Source: a bacterium
GTDB lineage: Bacteria > Cyanobacteriota > Sericytochromatia > S15B-MN24 > VGJW01
Direction of reading: 5' to 3'
Assembly (NCBI GenBank): GCA_021781555.1
Contig: JAJXWQ010000005.1
Span: 4,333 to 68,332, forward strand
DNA: 64,000 nucleotides
The notes below the pieces were generated by a model. The model worked only from the letters and a program-made list of their open reading frames with translations. It searched no databases and was not told where the DNA came from. Numbering within the stretch: the stretch's first letter is position 1; each line of letters begins with the position of its first letter. Below, in pieces: positions 62,258 to 64,000 of this stretch. The position numbers and the translations under genes were made by a program.

Positions 62258-62277
62258 CGTGGCACTCCTTTCTCGAC

Positions 62278-64000
62278 TCAGGCTGCAATCGGCGCGGCAG
62301 TCACGCGACAGAAATGGTGCTGCAGCAAAAGCGTCGACAAGATCCCCACGAAGGCCATGTTGTCGGCAAAACCGATCGCCTCTTGGCGCTTGCACTTCAA
62401 GAAGAGCTTCAACGTGGCCTGCGGATCGAAAAGTCCGCTTCTGCGCAGCGAATCCTCCGAGAACAGGTCGGCAACATAGTCGACCGGGTCACCCGCGCAG
62501 AAGAAGCTGGCTGCATCCGGCGCACGGTACGGCCTCTTGGGGCGCCAGACCACAGCTGGCGGCAAGATCGGCGCCATCGTCCGGCGCAAGAGGACCTTGT
62601 CTTTCAATCCCGCCACCTTCAGGCGCGGCGGCAGGGAACTGGCGAAGGCGATGATGCGCGGATCGAGGAATGGCTGGCGGGTCTCCACGGCGTGCGCCAT
62701 CGCCATCCGATCGCCCTGGGCCGCCAGCAGATAAGCCGCCAGCAGGGTGCGGGCTTCGAGGTACTGGTCGGCAGAGAGCGGATGCCAGTTCGCGATGCCA
62801 GCAGGCAGATCCAGGCGCAGCGCGTCGACCGGGTCCCGCGAGAGCGCGGCCTTCAGGTCCGGAGCGAAGAACCTCCAGGCCCGCTGCGTCAGCCGCCAGC
62901 GGAGCAGGTGGCCAAACCCTGGTTCCTGGGCGCCTTCGAGGCCCGTCCCGAAGAAGTCGCGAGCGAACGGCGTCGCCGTGGGTGAGTACTCGAGGTAGGA
63001 GTAGAGCCTCTCGAGCAGGCGCGGGCGGATCCTGGAGTCGGGCCGGCGCGCCCAGAAGCGCCGGATCTGTGCCTCCTTGAAGAGATCGTAGCCACCGAAG
63101 ACCTCGTCCGCGCCTTCGCCCGTGAGGACGACCTTCTGGCCTTCCTGGCGCACCCGTTCCGACAATAGCCAGAGCGGAGCCGGGGCCGTGCGGACGACGG
63201 GCGTCTCCGCGTGCCAGATAACCTGCGGAAAGGCCGCCGCGATGTCCTCGGGCCGGGTCTCCACGCAGATATGCCGGCTACCCAGGAACTGCGCCATTTC
63301 CATCTGGTGCGCCGACTCGTCGAATGCTCGCTCCGCGAAGCTGACCGAGAAGGTCCGGATATCGGCCCCGAGACTGCGCGCCAGGGCGGCGACGCTGGCC
63401 GAGTCGATGCCGCCCGAGAGGTAGGCGCCGACCGGTACGTCGGCGCGCAGCCGGATCCGGACGGCATCGCGGAGCAGTTCCCCGAGTTCCTCGGCGTAGG
63501 CCTCCGGGGCTCGCTCCGGAGCTTCGCGAGGCAGGCGGGCGGGGTACGACCAGTCCCAGTAGCGGTGGATCCGGGTCGAACGATCGGCCCGGGCAACGAG
63601 CAGGTGCCCCGGAGGCAGGGCGAGGATTCCAGCAAAGGCCGTGCGCGGGGCGAGCGGCCCCCAGAAGGTGAAAACCTGCGCCAGACCGTCAGCATCCAGG
63701 GAGCGCCGGGCTTCGGGCAGGACGAGCAGCGCCTTGATCTCCGAGGCAAAGGCGAGGCGGCCGGCTCGTTCCTGGTAGAACAGGGGCCGGACTCCGGCCG
63801 GATCCCGCGCCAGCACGAGGCGGCGGTGGACTCGGTCCCAGAGGGCCAGGGCAAACTCGCCGTTGAGATGATGGACGAACTCGTCGCCAAATTCCCGGTA
63901 GGCCTCGATCAGGACCTCGGTATCGGAGCGCGTCCTGAAACGGTGGCCGCGGGCCTCAAGCTCGGCCCTGAGCTCGACGTGGTTGAATATCTCTCCGTTG
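62278..64000 (-). CDS. asnB: Asparagine synthase (glutamine-hydrolysing)-family amidotransferase, 5'-truncated by the window edge
   Basis: N-terminal glutaminase region continues in-frame to the window end (…NGEFALALWDRVHRRLVLARDPAGVRPLFY); synthetase motifs YLSGGIDSASVAALA and EGADEVFGGY. Confidence 0.85.
   Translation of the reverse strand, partial: NGEIFNHVELRAELEARGHRFRTRSDTEVLIEAYREFGDEFVHHLNGEFALALWDRVHRRLVLARDPAGVRPLFYQERAGRLAFASEIKALLVLPEARRSLDADGLAQVFTFWGPLAPRTAFAGILALPPGHLLVARADRSTRIHRYWDWSYPARLPREAPERAPEAYAEELGELLRDAVRIRLRADVPVGAYLSGGIDSASVAALARSLGADIRTFSVSFAERAFDESAHQMEMAQFLGSRHICVETRPEDIAAAFPQVIWHAETPVVRTAPAPLWLLSERVRQEGQKVVLTGEGADEVFGGYDLFKEAQIRRFWARRPDSRIRPRLLERLYSYLEYSPTATPFARDFFGTGLEGAQEPGFGHLLRWRLTQRAWRFFAPDLKAALSRDPVDALRLDLPAGIANWHPLSADQYLEARTLLAAYLLAAQGDRMAMAHAVETRQPFLDPRIIAFASSLPPRLKVAGLKDKVLLRRTMAPILPPAVVWRPKRPYRAPDAASFFCAGDPVDYVADLFSEDSLRRSGLFDPQATLKLFLKCKRQEAIGFADNMAFVGILSTLLLQHHFCRVTAAPIAA

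Overview
This 64-kb window is about 69-70% GC and looks like bacterial chromosome. Coding density is high, with about 57 supportable CDSs; the other feature rows are repeats, promoters and terminators. The most striking non-coding feature is a structured interspersed repeat of about 108 bp, present in 12 or more full or partial copies.

Recognisable housekeeping genes:
- hspR-like MerR regulator followed by clpC. From memory, the ClpC N-terminus is almost identical to cyanobacterial or plastid ClpC, which hints at a Cyanobacteriota-like or related lineage; this is inference only.
- rpsA (short form).
- an aroF-tyrA-aroA operon.
- acs, a UvrD/PcrA-type helicase, ddl, L-asparaginase and comF.

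Envelope and sugar metabolism:
- a GT20 (OtsA/GgpS-like) synthase divergent from a GT4 transferase.
- a pgi/pmi - manC - manB (GDP-mannose) operon, translationally coupled to ddl.
- an exopolysaccharide-type cluster at 54.8 to beyond 64 kb. It holds a Wza-like exporter, a Wzy/O-antigen-ligase-like protein, a right-handed beta-helix lipoprotein of lower GC, GT4, GT2, and an asnB - ACP - nadE-like amidotransferase cassette.
- elsewhere, a Wzc-like copolymerase whose cytoplasmic kinase domain has degenerate Walker motifs.

Surface structures:
- a partial Tad/Flp pilus locus (flp, cpaA/tadV, three TadE/G-like pseudopilins, cpaB) with no ATPase, platform or secretin genes in the window.
- two Crp/Fnr regulators and a copy of the repeat immediately upstream of that locus.

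Other notable genes: a SpoVS homolog, an ExbB/ExbD pair, an EF-hand lipoprotein driven by a near-consensus sigma70 promoter in a local AT-rich island, a translationally coupled lipoprotein - S8 protease pair, and a CaCA antiporter.

No rRNA, tRNA or CRISPR was recognised. All calls rest on reading ORF translations, codon third-position GC bias and motif memory; no database search was possible.
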